Shown here: piece after piece, positions 56,009-64,000 of the stretch
How positions within the stretch are numbered: the first letter of the stretch is position 1
Layout: every line of letters begins with the position of its first letter
Source of the DNA: a virus
Lineage: Duplodnaviria > Heunggongvirae > Uroviricota > Caudoviricetes
IMG/VR virus record: IMGVR_UViG_3300047388_000185
Span: 738 to 64,737 of that record
Strand: one strand, 5' to 3'
Length of the DNA: 64,000 nt
The notes under the pieces: generated by a model
What the model saw: only the letters and a program-made list of their open reading frames with translations
What the model was told of the DNA's origin: nothing
The model's database searches: none
Program-made: the position numbers and the translations under genes

Positions 56009-56080
56009 GTTGTTTAGGTTTATAGTTGGAAAGAAACTAGTGTAGTCGAAAAAGGGGGAACGTGTCAAGTCTCTGTAGTT

Positions 56081-56109
56081 TCAATTTACAACGTATTATT
56101 GGTATAAGA
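56081..56109 (+). promoter_or_regulatory. Phage promoter motif TCAA-N16-GGTATAAGA (copy 5)
   Basis: Match to the shared motif. Confidence 0.75.
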
Positions 56110-56167
56110 AGGTATCGGACAATTAATAGAGTGCTTCGCACTTGAGTCCTTAACTTGGAGAGCAAAG

Positions 56168-56353
56168 ATGGATGATACTCTGTACTGTGTCTTGCGACCC
56201 CGAGGCGATAAAGGCGCGTGTGATGTGTTGTTGCATTACACGTCTTTGAACGACGCTGCTGATTTTCTGCGCAGTAATGAGTTGGAGAAAACGGGAGAAA
56301 AGCATCTCAAAGAAGTGGGATGGGGAACCCTGGTGCAATGGTGGGTTCAATGA
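56168..56353 (+). CDS. Small hypothetical protein
   Basis: GGAG RBS; first ORF of the island. Confidence 0.6.
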   Translation: MDDTLYCVLRPRGDKGACDVLLHYTSLNDAADFLRSNELEKTGEKHLKEVGWGTLVQWWVQ

Positions 56354-56664
56354 AAAAGACTCAACCTATCTGGACTCCCGGCTGCGGACGACCTCACCCC
56401 GATCTTGCCCTCATTCTCTTATGGGCCGAAGGCAAGATCACGTTGATCGAAAAGCAACGAGTCAGCGACGAAGGCAAGAACTACGGTGAACCAGTCCGGG
56501 TGCAGTATCCCTGTTGGAACCCGGACAGCTGGAAGTTTGACGTGGCCCGCAATTCGCAGATGACCCTGGACTTGACGGAAGCGCTGGTGTCGACCCGACC
56601 TGCGAAGGTTCGGAAGCTCCCATTGGGCCCTGGCCGCCAGCAAGACTACTCAGCTCAACGCTGA
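56350..56664 (+). CDS. Hypothetical protein (start MKKTQP)
   Basis: ATGA overlap with the upstream stop; hairpin GCAAGG..CCTTGCTTTT follows. Confidence 0.6.
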   Translation: MKKTQPIWTPGCGRPHPDLALILLWAEGKITLIEKQRVSDEGKNYGEPVRVQYPCWNPDSWKFDVARNSQMTLDLTEALVSTRPAKVRKLPLGPGRQQDYSAQR

Positions 56665-56741
56665 ATTTCGCAAGGGTAAAACCTTGCTTTTAGCCGAGGC
56701 CAGCAGACCCCGAGCTTGGTTCTTTAATAAGTTAAACGGAA

Positions 56742-56999
56742 GTGCAGGAATTTGAAATGCTATTATTTACGATTTATGTGCTCATCGCCATATTCGCCTT
56801 CGCTGGAACGGTGTACGTAGTTACGCAATTGGACAGGGACGATTTCTGTCGTAATGATGCGTTTGTATGGGGGGCAGTAAGTTTATTCCCCTTTGTAAAC
56901 TGTCTCCTTCTCCTCACCGTCGCGGTGTTCATCGGTCACCATATGATCAAGCACGCCAAGTTCGGCAACCCAGTCCTATTTCACAGGAAGAAGAAATGA
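56742..56999 (+). CDS. Small membrane protein
   Basis: Two hydrophobic segments. Confidence 0.6.
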   Translation: MQEFEMLLFTIYVLIAIFAFAGTVYVVTQLDRDDFCRNDAFVWGAVSLFPFVNCLLLLTVAVFIGHHMIKHAKFGNPVLFHRKKK

Positions 57000-57343
57000 A
57001 CAAGAAAGACTCATACGCTCTTGGCGTTGCAATGGCCCTGCTCGAGAAGCAGTATGGTATCGAACTCGAGATCACGGCCAACGGCCCGGAAAAGCAAAAA
57101 CATATTGATGCCTGGCTGGCTGGCCTAGCTTCTGTCGAAGGACAGGTTAGCGAATGGAACGAAGAAGATCCTCAGATTGATGGGGTCTATCAGGTCTTAA
57201 GCACCGATCCTGACTTTGGAACGAATCATGTCTGGGCTCGTTTCATTAAGAGTATGGGCTGGTCGAAGTACACAGAAAACAAGGCTGATCTAGATGCCCC
57301 AACATTGCCAATCGTCTCAGGAGCGTGGCTATGGAAGAAGTAG
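56996..57343 (+). CDS. Hypothetical protein (start MNKKDSY)
   Basis: ATGA coupling with the upstream gene. Confidence 0.6.
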   Translation: MNKKDSYALGVAMALLEKQYGIELEITANGPEKQKHIDAWLAGLASVEGQVSEWNEEDPQIDGVYQVLSTDPDFGTNHVWARFIKSMGWSKYTENKADLDAPTLPIVSGAWLWKK

Positions 57344-57747
57344 GCGGCATGGATCTGTTGGCCGTTATATGGCTAGTCTGCATGTCTGGGATTATCTGCG
57401 TTATTCCATGTTTGTACCTTCACTCTGCTTGGAAAGAACGCCAGGAAAATACCTTGACTACAGTTTCGTTCGACAATCTCCCTTTCAAGGATCCTGGTCT
57501 TAGCAATGAAGAGCAAGGACTGTACAACAAGTTTGAAGTCTATCGCAGAGATGGCTCTGACGAGCCCGGGGGTAAGCATGATGGCTGCGATTATTTCGTC
57601 CTGGATCTGAGCCATGATCCTTTCGCAGCGGAAACGATCACGTACTACGCACGTGCATGCAAAGATACTCACCCTCTACTGGCTAAAGATTTGATGGATC
57701 GAGTTCGAGCAGCCTATCAAAAATTAGATGACGAGGGGAAGCTATGA
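57325..57747 (+). CDS. Hypothetical phage protein with an N-terminal transmembrane segment
   Basis: GLYNKFEVYRRDG..YFVLDLSHDPFA..YA..LAKDL motif seen in small phage proteins. Confidence 0.7.
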   Translation: MAMEEVGGMDLLAVIWLVCMSGIICVIPCLYLHSAWKERQENTLTTVSFDNLPFKDPGLSNEEQGLYNKFEVYRRDGSDEPGGKHDGCDYFVLDLSHDPFAAETITYYARACKDTHPLLAKDLMDRVRAAYQKLDDEGKL

Positions 57748-57965
57748 CTGATCCTGGCGCAAAGAAAGTTGTCTTCTACCGGGCTGGAACTCAGATTGTC
57801 CAATCAATTGGAAAACCGGCATTTCTCAAGCCGGAAGGGAATCGAGAGATTGCTTCCTCCCGAACTATCGTAACTTCGGATGTCGTTTGCTATGATGCCG
57901 CTTCGGGGACGATTGAAACTCTGCTTTGTTTCTATATTCCTTTTAAGACGGAGTTGAGAGAATGA
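57744..57965 (+). CDS. Small hypothetical protein
   Basis: ATGA coupling. Confidence 0.6.
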   Translation: MTDPGAKKVVFYRAGTQIVQSIGKPAFLKPEGNREIASSRTIVTSDVVCYDAASGTIETLLCFYIPFKTELRE

Positions 57966-58309
57966 TCGTTGTAACGCGTTTGAAAAACGGAGAAATTGCC
58001 CACTTCCAAGCGGACTGCCTCAAACAAGAGGATGCCAGAAACGAGATCCGAAATGGTTTGGCTGCGGCAGGGCAGTTCTATGAAGACATGCCATTCTTGG
58101 TTGTCATCCCGGACTGTGGCCGGGACGTGAATAAGTCAGTTATGGCTCATCGGGTTCCGCCTACCCGTAAGGATCCCCTACAAGGGGCCATAGACGCTCT
58201 TAATAAAGAGTTGACTAGTGGGACACCTCCGCAGTCTCAAGAGTTGCCGGACGGGGGTCTCCTCTACGTTCGTAGTGCCATCGATAACATGTTGGAGTTC
58301 GACGAATGA
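57962..58309 (+). CDS. Hypothetical protein
   Basis: ATGA coupling. Confidence 0.6.
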   Translation: MIVVTRLKNGEIAHFQADCLKQEDARNEIRNGLAAAGQFYEDMPFLVVIPDCGRDVNKSVMAHRVPPTRKDPLQGAIDALNKELTSGTPPQSQELPDGGLLYVRSAIDNMLEFDE

Positions 58310-58545
58310 GTACGATGCTAATCTACTGGTGGCTGGTCTCCTGCTGCTTCCTCTGGAACTTCGGAATTTGGTTTTCTTGGAGCGTCAATGATCCAGTAAC
58401 CAAGAAGTGTCCATACTGGAATCATTTGATCGTAGCCGGGATCTGCGCTGGAATATTCTCCCCGTTCTTGATCATAGGATTATACATCGTGTACATTGGT
58501 ACGAAGGATGCGAAGTATGGATGGTCGCTGAGGTATCCGAGATGA
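58306..58545 (+). CDS. Small membrane protein
   Basis: Two Trp-rich hydrophobic segments; ATGA coupling. Confidence 0.6.
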   Translation: MSTMLIYWWLVSCCFLWNFGIWFSWSVNDPVTKKCPYWNHLIVAGICAGIFSPFLIIGLYIVYIGTKDAKYGWSLRYPR

Positions 58546-58676
58546 GTTGGGACGTCTGGTTTTGGATTAGCATTTTTGTCGCCATCGGGATTTATATCTG
58601 GTTGGCTCTGATGTACGACTTGCCTGTCGTACCACTCTGGGATCCGTGGAACCCAGGGGATGATAGCGAATTTTGA
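58542..58676 (+). CDS. 44-aa membrane peptide (MSWDVWFW...)
   Basis: ATGA coupling, GAGG RBS and a single hydrophobic segment. Confidence 0.55.
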   Translation: MSWDVWFWISIFVAIGIYIWLALMYDLPVVPLWDPWNPGDDSEF

Positions 58677-58681
58677 GACGC

Positions 58682-58713
58682 AAAAAAGCCTGGATAAACC
58701 AGGCTTTTCTTTT
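58682..58713. terminator. Bidirectional terminator
   Basis: AAAAAAGCCTGG-ATAAA-CCAGGCTTTT. Confidence 0.85.
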
Positions 58714-58730
58714 AGTCTACTTAGAAAAGA

Positions 58731-59627
58731 TTAGACGAAGTCGATGACGATTGCACCATTAACATTACCTAATCCAATTCCTAAAGCCTCGTAGGTTTGG
58801 AACTGTATGATATCCAATTCTGCCTTCACGAACACCGTCGGGGCTTGCAGTTCATAGAACTGACCCAGATATTGCGGGGTTGTGAAGATGATCATGCGGG
58901 ACGCGCCCAACAGATCGACCTTATTGGTCGTGATGACCTTGACACCATACAGCGATTCCAGCGAGCCACGGCCGGCATACAGTTCCGAGGCCAGCGGCGA
59001 ACCGACGGTCGTCGCAGGTTGCGACAGGAACGAGTTGTACAGGCTTTGCGACATCAGGACGCAGCCGATCGGCAGCTTGCGGGCAGCCATGAACGACATA
59101 GCAGTCGTGAAGGCTGAGGCCGACACGGAGCCAACATTATGCTGATTGCCGTTGGCAGTTGCCAGGGCCACGATGTTGTTATAGAAGCCAATGTCTTCTT
59201 GCTCTTGCAGATCCTTGATGCTGTTTTCTTGCAGCAGGGTACGGATGTCCGTGCGATACGTCATCAGTTCCCACTTGCTCTTGCGGAAGTCAGCGGAGGT
59301 CAGCTTTTGGAAGTTAACCGCATAACGGCCAGCCTTCCAGTAGCGCATTTCCGAACGACCCATCAGCGGCAGGCTTACGGCCACCGAGTCAGGTTCCGTT
59401 TCGCAAATCACGATAGGCTCTTCCGAGTTGACTTGACGGTCAAGTTCGGCAGCAGTGATCGCTTGCGGCGGGAGAATCTTACGCGCAAAGCCGTCTTCAC
59501 GGAGCTTTTGGCGGACGAACAGCGAAGCAGCAATGCTGGCTTCCTTTTCCATACCCTTTTCAATCTTGTCCAGGAAGGACGCGTTGATGAACTGGACGTT
59601 CGGGGTTTCAGTGTTGTAGTTACTCAT
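58731..59627 (-). CDS. Major capsid protein (HK97 fold, inferred)
   Basis: 298 aa with strong codon bias and a GAGGA RBS; follows scaffold-like and cement-like genes; LREDGFARKILPP and LYGVKVITT. Confidence 0.7.
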   Translation of the reverse strand: MSNYNTETPNVQFINASFLDKIEKGMEKEASIAASLFVRQKLREDGFARKILPPQAITAAELDRQVNSEEPIVICETEPDSVAVSLPLMGRSEMRYWKAGRYAVNFQKLTSADFRKSKWELMTYRTDIRTLLQENSIKDLQEQEDIGFYNNIVALATANGNQHNVGSVSASAFTTAMSFMAARKLPIGCVLMSQSLYNSFLSQPATTVGSPLASELYAGRGSLESLYGVKVITTNKVDLLGASRMIIFTTPQYLGQFYELQAPTVFVKAELDIIQFQTYEALGIGLGNVNGAIVIDFV

Positions 59628-59645
59628 TTTTAGTTATTCCTCGAT

Positions 59646-60080
59646 TTACTTGAACACAGCCACGATAGACCAATCACCATTCGTCGGGGGCGAGCCTTGG
59701 CTGCCATTGACGTCAAGCACTTGACCAACGATCGGATCGGTACCGAACGTACCCAGGGCGACCTTACCACTCTTGATGGTGAGGTTATTACCCGGAGCAA
59801 AAGTCACACCCGTAGGCAGATTCTTGATCTGAGCTTCGAAGCCACTCCACAGGACAACAGCCTTGTTAGCCGTAGTAGCTGACGACGAGTCGCCGTTACC
59901 ACGGATAACCAGACCAGCTTGAGCGGCACCAGAGCCAGAAAGAGACACGGTATTATCCGAGTTCTTCGTGACCCAATCGCCATTCGACAGCGTTTGACCA
60001 GCGGCGATGACTTCACTGCGTTCCAGAGCACCATCCATGGGCCAACCACGGAGGATCTGGACGTTGTATTCCATCTTCAT
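59646..60080 (-). CDS. Capsid cement/decoration-like protein
   Basis: 144-aa beta-rich protein directly upstream of the capsid gene. Confidence 0.55.
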   Translation of the reverse strand: MKMEYNVQILRGWPMDGALERSEVIAAGQTLSNGDWVTKNSDNTVSLSGSGAAQAGLVIRGNGDSSSATTANKAVVLWSGFEAQIKNLPTGVTFAPGNNLTIKSGKVALGTFGTDPIVGQVLDVNGSQGSPPTNGDWSIVAVFK

Positions 60081-60170
60081 TTTGATATTCCTTTTAGTTT
60101 GTTTTCGTAAAATACCCTGACTAGGTCAAGGTTCGATATTCTCGATACACATATGTTAATACACGGATAT

Positions 60171-60192
60171 AAAAAAGAGCCCCTCAGGGCTC
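60171..60192 (-). terminator. Rho-independent terminator
   Basis: AGAGCCC..GGGCTCT followed by a T-tract on the minus strand. Confidence 0.7.
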
Positions 60193-60471
60193 TAAATTGT
60201 TTAGTATCGACTTACCTAAGTGGTAGGCCCCGGTGGCGCCCGCTACTGCGAGGCCTGTTTTGATTCCAACTGTAAGTCTCTTTTTAGTTAATAAAGACTT
60301 GGCTTTATCAAGTCGAGCAGATCTACGGACGGAGTGTTCTGTTAGATTAGGATCAATTGTTTTCTTCCCATCCCATTGCATGTTCCGCATGCCTGGGATG
60401 TGAGGATGAGTAGAAGGCTGCGGGGTGAGAAAGGTTCTCTTGGCAGCGATCTTCTCAAGGTACTTGTTCAT
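60184..60471 (-). CDS. Putative internal head protein (N-terminus MNKYLEKIA)
   Basis: N-terminal peptide shared with 61845..62222. Confidence 0.6.
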   Translation of the reverse strand: MNKYLEKIAAKRTFLTPQPSTHPHIPGMRNMQWDGKKTIDPNLTEHSVRRSARLDKAKSLLTKKRLTVGIKTGLAVAGATGAYHLGKSILNNLEP

Positions 60472-60473
60472 GC

Positions 60474-61247
60474 TTACTTCTTCGAAGCAGCCTTGGCCAT
60501 CTCAGCCTTAGCCGAAGCGATCAGGGACGACTTGGCTTTGGGAGCTGTGCCACCGCCAGTTACGTTCACCGGGCCTCCATTATCTTTCTCTTCCTTACGA
60601 AGAGCTTTATCCGCAGCGGCTGCGTACTTCTCGTGGGTTTCTTTGCGACCAATAGAGTTAGCCACTCCGATAGCAGCGCCAGCAGCCATGCCTAGGCCTT
60701 TGCCAAAACCAACGCGCTGCATGTGAAGGCCACCGGGGATTTGATGCTTGCTAGTTACAGCAGCGATAACACCACCAGCGGCTTTTCCAGCATAGGCATC
60801 CACAGCAGTGAGGGCTGCATCCCGAACATGACGTAGGGCACCGTAGGGCTTCTTTTCTTCTGCTTGCTTGGTCTGCAGGGCTCTGTTCACAGCAGCGCCT
60901 GCGACAGCACCGCCGAACGCCGCTTTAGCCACACCTGGGTTTTGCTTGACTAGGTTCTTACCAACAGAAGCGATGCCCTTAGCAACGTCTACTAGAGAGG
61001 CTTTCTTTTCGACAGTCTTTTTACGACCCAGGCGACCCGCTGCAAACCCTACGCCGGTTCCGAGAGCAGCACCAGTAATCGCCGCATCTTGAGCGAATCC
61101 TTCATTATGATAGATTTTGTTTGCAGCAGCAGCGATCCCGCCTCCAATCTTCTTGGGCGCGGAAGCTAAGCCTCCGATAATAGAACCGATTGCAGCCTGC
61201 TTCTCCAGCTGATACCCAGCCAAAGCCAGATCAATCAACTTAGACAT
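60474..61247 (-). CDS. Putative internal head protein, K-x-A repeats with Gly/Ala-rich hydrophobic segments
   Basis: EKQA, EKKA and TKQA separate the modules. Confidence 0.6.
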   Translation of the reverse strand: MSKLIDLALAGYQLEKQAAIGSIIGGLASAPKKIGGGIAAAANKIYHNEGFAQDAAITGAALGTGVGFAAGRLGRKKTVEKKASLVDVAKGIASVGKNLVKQNPGVAKAAFGGAVAGAAVNRALQTKQAEEKKPYGALRHVRDAALTAVDAYAGKAAGGVIAAVTSKHQIPGGLHMQRVGFGKGLGMAAGAAIGVANSIGRKETHEKYAAAADKALRKEEKDNGGPVNVTGGGTAPKAKSSLIASAKAEMAKAASKK

Positions 61248-61858
61248 TACTGGCCCCCGAGGCAGAACGCTTCCAGAGCATCAACTGCATCCGGGCGGCT
61301 CATTCCAGTCGGACGACCCATAGCCCACGGCTGTTGCGTGTCAGCCATCGAGGCAACCTTCGTCAGCGTTTCCGGACCGAGTTTGAGCAGGGCTTCCAGA
61401 TCGGCATTGGTGAACTCGCCACTTTGAGCCAGACGGGAAACCGGATCTTCATGGTCTTCACGACGCTCAGCAACCTTCTCCAGGCTTTCAACACGAGCCG
61501 AATAGCCAAGAGCTTGTGTGCGAACGCCTTCCAGTTCAGCTTCCAGAGCTTGCGCTTCCGAAGCCATCTTAGTCAGTGATTCCCACAGTTCTTCTTCGAC
61601 GGACTTGGCCGGCTGATATGATTCCATTTCGGACAGCTTCACACCAGACTTCTTGACAAGCGACAGGGCTTCGTCATAGTCGATTCCAGTAGCCGACAGA
61701 GTCGACGCAGCAGTCTTTTCCATTTCGCTCTGAGCCACTTCCAGGCGAGCCACGTCTTCAGAGACGCCAGCTTGCTTGAGCAGATCAACGGCAACGAGGG
61801 TCGAAGAGGAAGCGCGGATGGTCGCAGCTTTTTCGAGTAGTTTCTTAGAGAGGGACAT
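61247..61858 (-). CDS. Putative scaffold/core protein (start probably MSLSKK)
   Basis: Coiled-coil character; EKAA, LKQA, EKTA, TKMA, EKVA and TKVA. Confidence 0.6.
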   Translation of the reverse strand: MSLSKKLLEKAATIRASSSTLVAVDLLKQAGVSEDVARLEVAQSEMEKTAASTLSATGIDYDEALSLVKKSGVKLSEMESYQPAKSVEEELWESLTKMASEAQALEAELEGVRTQALGYSARVESLEKVAERREDHEDPVSRLAQSGEFTNADLEALLKLGPETLTKVASMADTQQPWAMGRPTGMSRPDAVDALEAFCLGGQ

Positions 61859-62222
61859 TTGTTTCTTTCTTATTGTGAAAGCTTTCAAGGGCTTTGTTGA
61901 TCTTTAATCCTGCGTAGTCAGCTGCAAGGCCCATGCCAGTGCTAATACCAAATACTAGTTTATTGTTAGGCTTGTTCTTCAAGCCGCTGAGAATACGATG
62001 AGAAGCCATACCCGTCAGACCACCAAGACCACCGATCACAGCGGTGTCCTGCAGATCTTTAGCGTGTTCGCTTTTGAACTGAAAGGCCTTCTTGGTCAGA
62101 TCCGGAAGTTTGGGAACCGGAACGCCTTCCATACCCGGAGTACCAGGAACGGACGAATCTCCATGGACCCTTTGCAAGGTCAACGTGGAGATTTGAGCAA
62201 TCTTAGTTAGATACTTGTTCAT
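61845..62222 (-). CDS. Putative internal head protein (N-terminus MNKYLTKIA)
   Basis: Shared N-terminal peptide; two hydrophobic segments. Confidence 0.6.
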   Translation of the reverse strand: MNKYLTKIAQISTLTLQRVHGDSSVPGTPGMEGVPVPKLPDLTKKAFQFKSEHAKDLQDTAVIGGLGGLTGMASHRILSGLKNKPNNKLVFGISTGMGLAADYAGLKINKALESFHNKKETNVPL

Positions 62223-62263
62223 AGTAAAAGAAGGGCCGAGTTTCTATTCCCAGCCCGGTCTTC

Positions 62264-63682
62264 TTACTCGCCGAACAGTTCCTTCGACTTGGCTTCGATC
62301 AGGGCCGCAGCCTTGATGAAGTCCACGCCGTCAGCGATCAGTTGATCGAAAGCAGCCTTCTTCTTCATGAACATTTCCTTCTTGTCCATCTTGCCCTTAG
62401 CCGGCTTTTCATCCTTCTTGGCTTCCATTGTCTTCTTGGCAGCTTCTTTGACCATGTTGCAGGCGGTGTCGAAATCCACGCCGGAGGCGATGATTGTGGC
62501 CAGCGAAGCCGTCTTGACTTGGTTCGGCACAGCCGCATTACCTGAGCCATCAACTTCCGGGCCATCAGCCACGGCCGAGGTAGGCGTACCACCTTGGGCC
62601 AGCATGTCAGCGACGATAGCGTTGTAGATGTCGGTCGCAGTACCTTGGTTGTTCATGCCATCACCAGTGGGCATCGGCTTGATCGAAGCGTCATGCTCAG
62701 CAATCAGAGCAGCATTGTCACGAGCAGGCTTGGTCGGAACACCGTCCGTACCAGTCACGCCGTCCATCGTGTTGACATCGCCAACACCAGCTTGCTTGAT
62801 CAGTTCCACGGCTTGATCGAAGTCAACACCGTTAGCAACCATTTCAGCCAGAGCAGCTTGCTTCGTGTGGCTAATTTCTTCACGGACCAGATCTTCAGCA
62901 GCTTGCTTGACCAGATTGGCAGCTTCGTCGAAGTCGATGCCTTCAGCAACCAGGGCTTGAACAGCAGCCATCTTCTCATGCTGGTCCATCAGATACGCTT
63001 CAGCAGCTTTGACATGTTCCAGGGCGGTTTCGAAGTCGGCGCCATCGGCAACCAGGGCTTCAATCGCAGCCATCTTTTCAATGTTCGAATAACCAGCAGT
63101 CTTGACTTGGTTCGGCACAGCCTTGTTACCAGAGCCGTCCACTTCCGGACCATCAGGGACAGCAGTCGTCGGGGTTCCGCCTTGGGCGGTCATATCGGCA
63201 ACGATAGCGTTGTAGATGTCCGTAGCAGTACCTTGATTCTTGATGCCGTCGCCAGTAGGCATCGGCTTGATCGAAGCGTCAGCTTCGGCAACCATGGCGG
63301 CGTTGTCACGCTGCGACTTAACCGGAACGCCACCAGTGCCAGAAGCACCATCAGTAGTCGTAACGTCACCAACGCCAGCTTGCTTTTCAGCGGCTTGCTT
63401 GGTCAGGGTATCCAGGAGAGCTTGGCCGAGGGCGGTGCCGGCAGCTTGGGCAGGAGTTTGAGCGGTCATGTTAGAAGCGATTTTTTCCATAATTTCTTGG
63501 GCTAGTGCCGCCCCGGCATCCGCTGCTTGCTTGATGAGAGCAGACGGTTCTTGAGTTTGTTCGGCAGTGGCGTCAACTGCTTGAGCCGGAGCCGTAGCAG
63601 AGACTTCCGCAGCCGACTTTTCGATACCATCAGGGTCGAGAGCTGCAAGCAGATCGGCCAGGGTCTTGGTATTGTGGGTCAT
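62264..63682 (-). CDS. Scaffold/prohead core-like protein with an internal duplication
   Basis: More than 10 K-x-A motifs; acidic and Ala-rich; strong codon bias. Confidence 0.65.
   Translation of the reverse strand: MTHNTKTLADLLAALDPDGIEKSAAEVSATAPAQAVDATAEQTQEPSALIKQAADAGAALAQEIMEKIASNMTAQTPAQAAGTALGQALLDTLTKQAAEKQAGVGDVTTTDGASGTGGVPVKSQRDNAAMVAEADASIKPMPTGDGIKNQGTATDIYNAIVADMTAQGGTPTTAVPDGPEVDGSGNKAVPNQVKTAGYSNIEKMAAIEALVADGADFETALEHVKAAEAYLMDQHEKMAAVQALVAEGIDFDEAANLVKQAAEDLVREEISHTKQAALAEMVANGVDFDQAVELIKQAGVGDVNTMDGVTGTDGVPTKPARDNAALIAEHDASIKPMPTGDGMNNQGTATDIYNAIVADMLAQGGTPTSAVADGPEVDGSGNAAVPNQVKTASLATIIASGVDFDTACNMVKEAAKKTMEAKKDEKPAKGKMDKKEMFMKKKAAFDQLIADGVDFIKAAALIEAKSKELFGE
62510..63385 (-). 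repeat. Duplicated ~96-aa module (about 62510-62797 and 63098-63385) plus G(V/I/A)DF helical repeats
   Basis: KQAGVGDV..DASIKPMPTGDG..NQGTATDIYNAIVADM..AVPNQVKTA occurs twice, offset 588 nt. Confidence 0.9.
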
Positions 63683-63714
63683 TTGAGAAAGGTCCTTGGT
63701 TTAGTTGTTTGGTG

Positions 63715-63945
63715 TCAGAACTTCAGGTTTCTGAGTAAATCTGCTTTCACTAGCTTTTGAGTAGTGATCGCTTCAGTTGCTGATTTGACTAGGTTTATTT
63801 TAGCTCCCGACTGAGCATTTGCTTGCTGAGATAGGACTTCTTGCATTTTAGCCTCAATCATCTTGGATAGCAAGAACTTAGCTGCGATAGCTAAACCTGC
63901 AACAGTGAAAAGAGTTTTGAGCAGTCCGTGCGATTCTTGGCTCAT
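63715..63945 (-). CDS. C-terminal part or whole of a K-x-A head protein
   Basis: Hydrophobic segment and a VKSA motif; the frame may extend beyond the window. Confidence 0.5.
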   Translation of the reverse strand: MSQESHGLLKTLFTVAGLAIAAKFLLSKMIEAKMQEVLSQQANAQSGAKINLVKSATEAITTQKLVKADLLRNLKF

Positions 63946-64000
63946 CGAAGCCTTAAGTTTGCGATAGGTATCAGCCGGATCGACTGAGACGTTGGGACCT

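Noticed and set aside
62510-63385. Duplicated segment as a DGR TR/VR pair
   Set aside because: Both copies are in frame within one protein, and the differences are not adenine-specific
62594-63505. 303-aa plus-strand ORF
   Set aside because: Antisense shadow of the strongly biased scaffold-like gene
1-64000. tRNA, rRNA, CRISPR arrays, integrase or transposase
   Set aside because: None recognised by eye; short RNAs could be missed without tRNAscan or Infernal
1-64000. Assignment to a named phage genus or host
   Set aside because: Gene content suggests a jumbo myophage, probably of a Gram-negative host, but this cannot be confirmed without a database search

Overview
This is a 64-kb segment of a large (probably jumbo) contractile-tailed phage. 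The minus strand carries the morphogenesis and lysis genes: scaffold-like and internal head proteins with a recurrent K-x-A motif, major capsid, neck, tail sheath and tube, spike, terminase, tail chaperones, fibres and appendages, tape measure, baseplate, endolysin and holin. A sigma factor and an RNA polymerase beta'-derived Zn module are embedded among the baseplate genes. Many minus-strand genes have a TAnnnT box exactly 6 nt before the start codon, which suggests leaderless mRNAs. Five plus-strand islands are each preceded by the same motif, TCAA-N16/17-GGTATAAGA. One island (36.1-42.6 kb) is a complete ubiquitin-like conjugation cassette (Ubl, E2, JAB, E1); its JAB gene hides a full -1 frameshift signal followed by an unannotated 154-codon alternative frame. 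Another island (45.7-47.7 kb) encodes a retron-type reverse transcriptase, overlapped by an upstream ORF and preceded by a promoter- and terminator-bounded structured leader. All family calls come from reading motifs by eye; no database searches were run.
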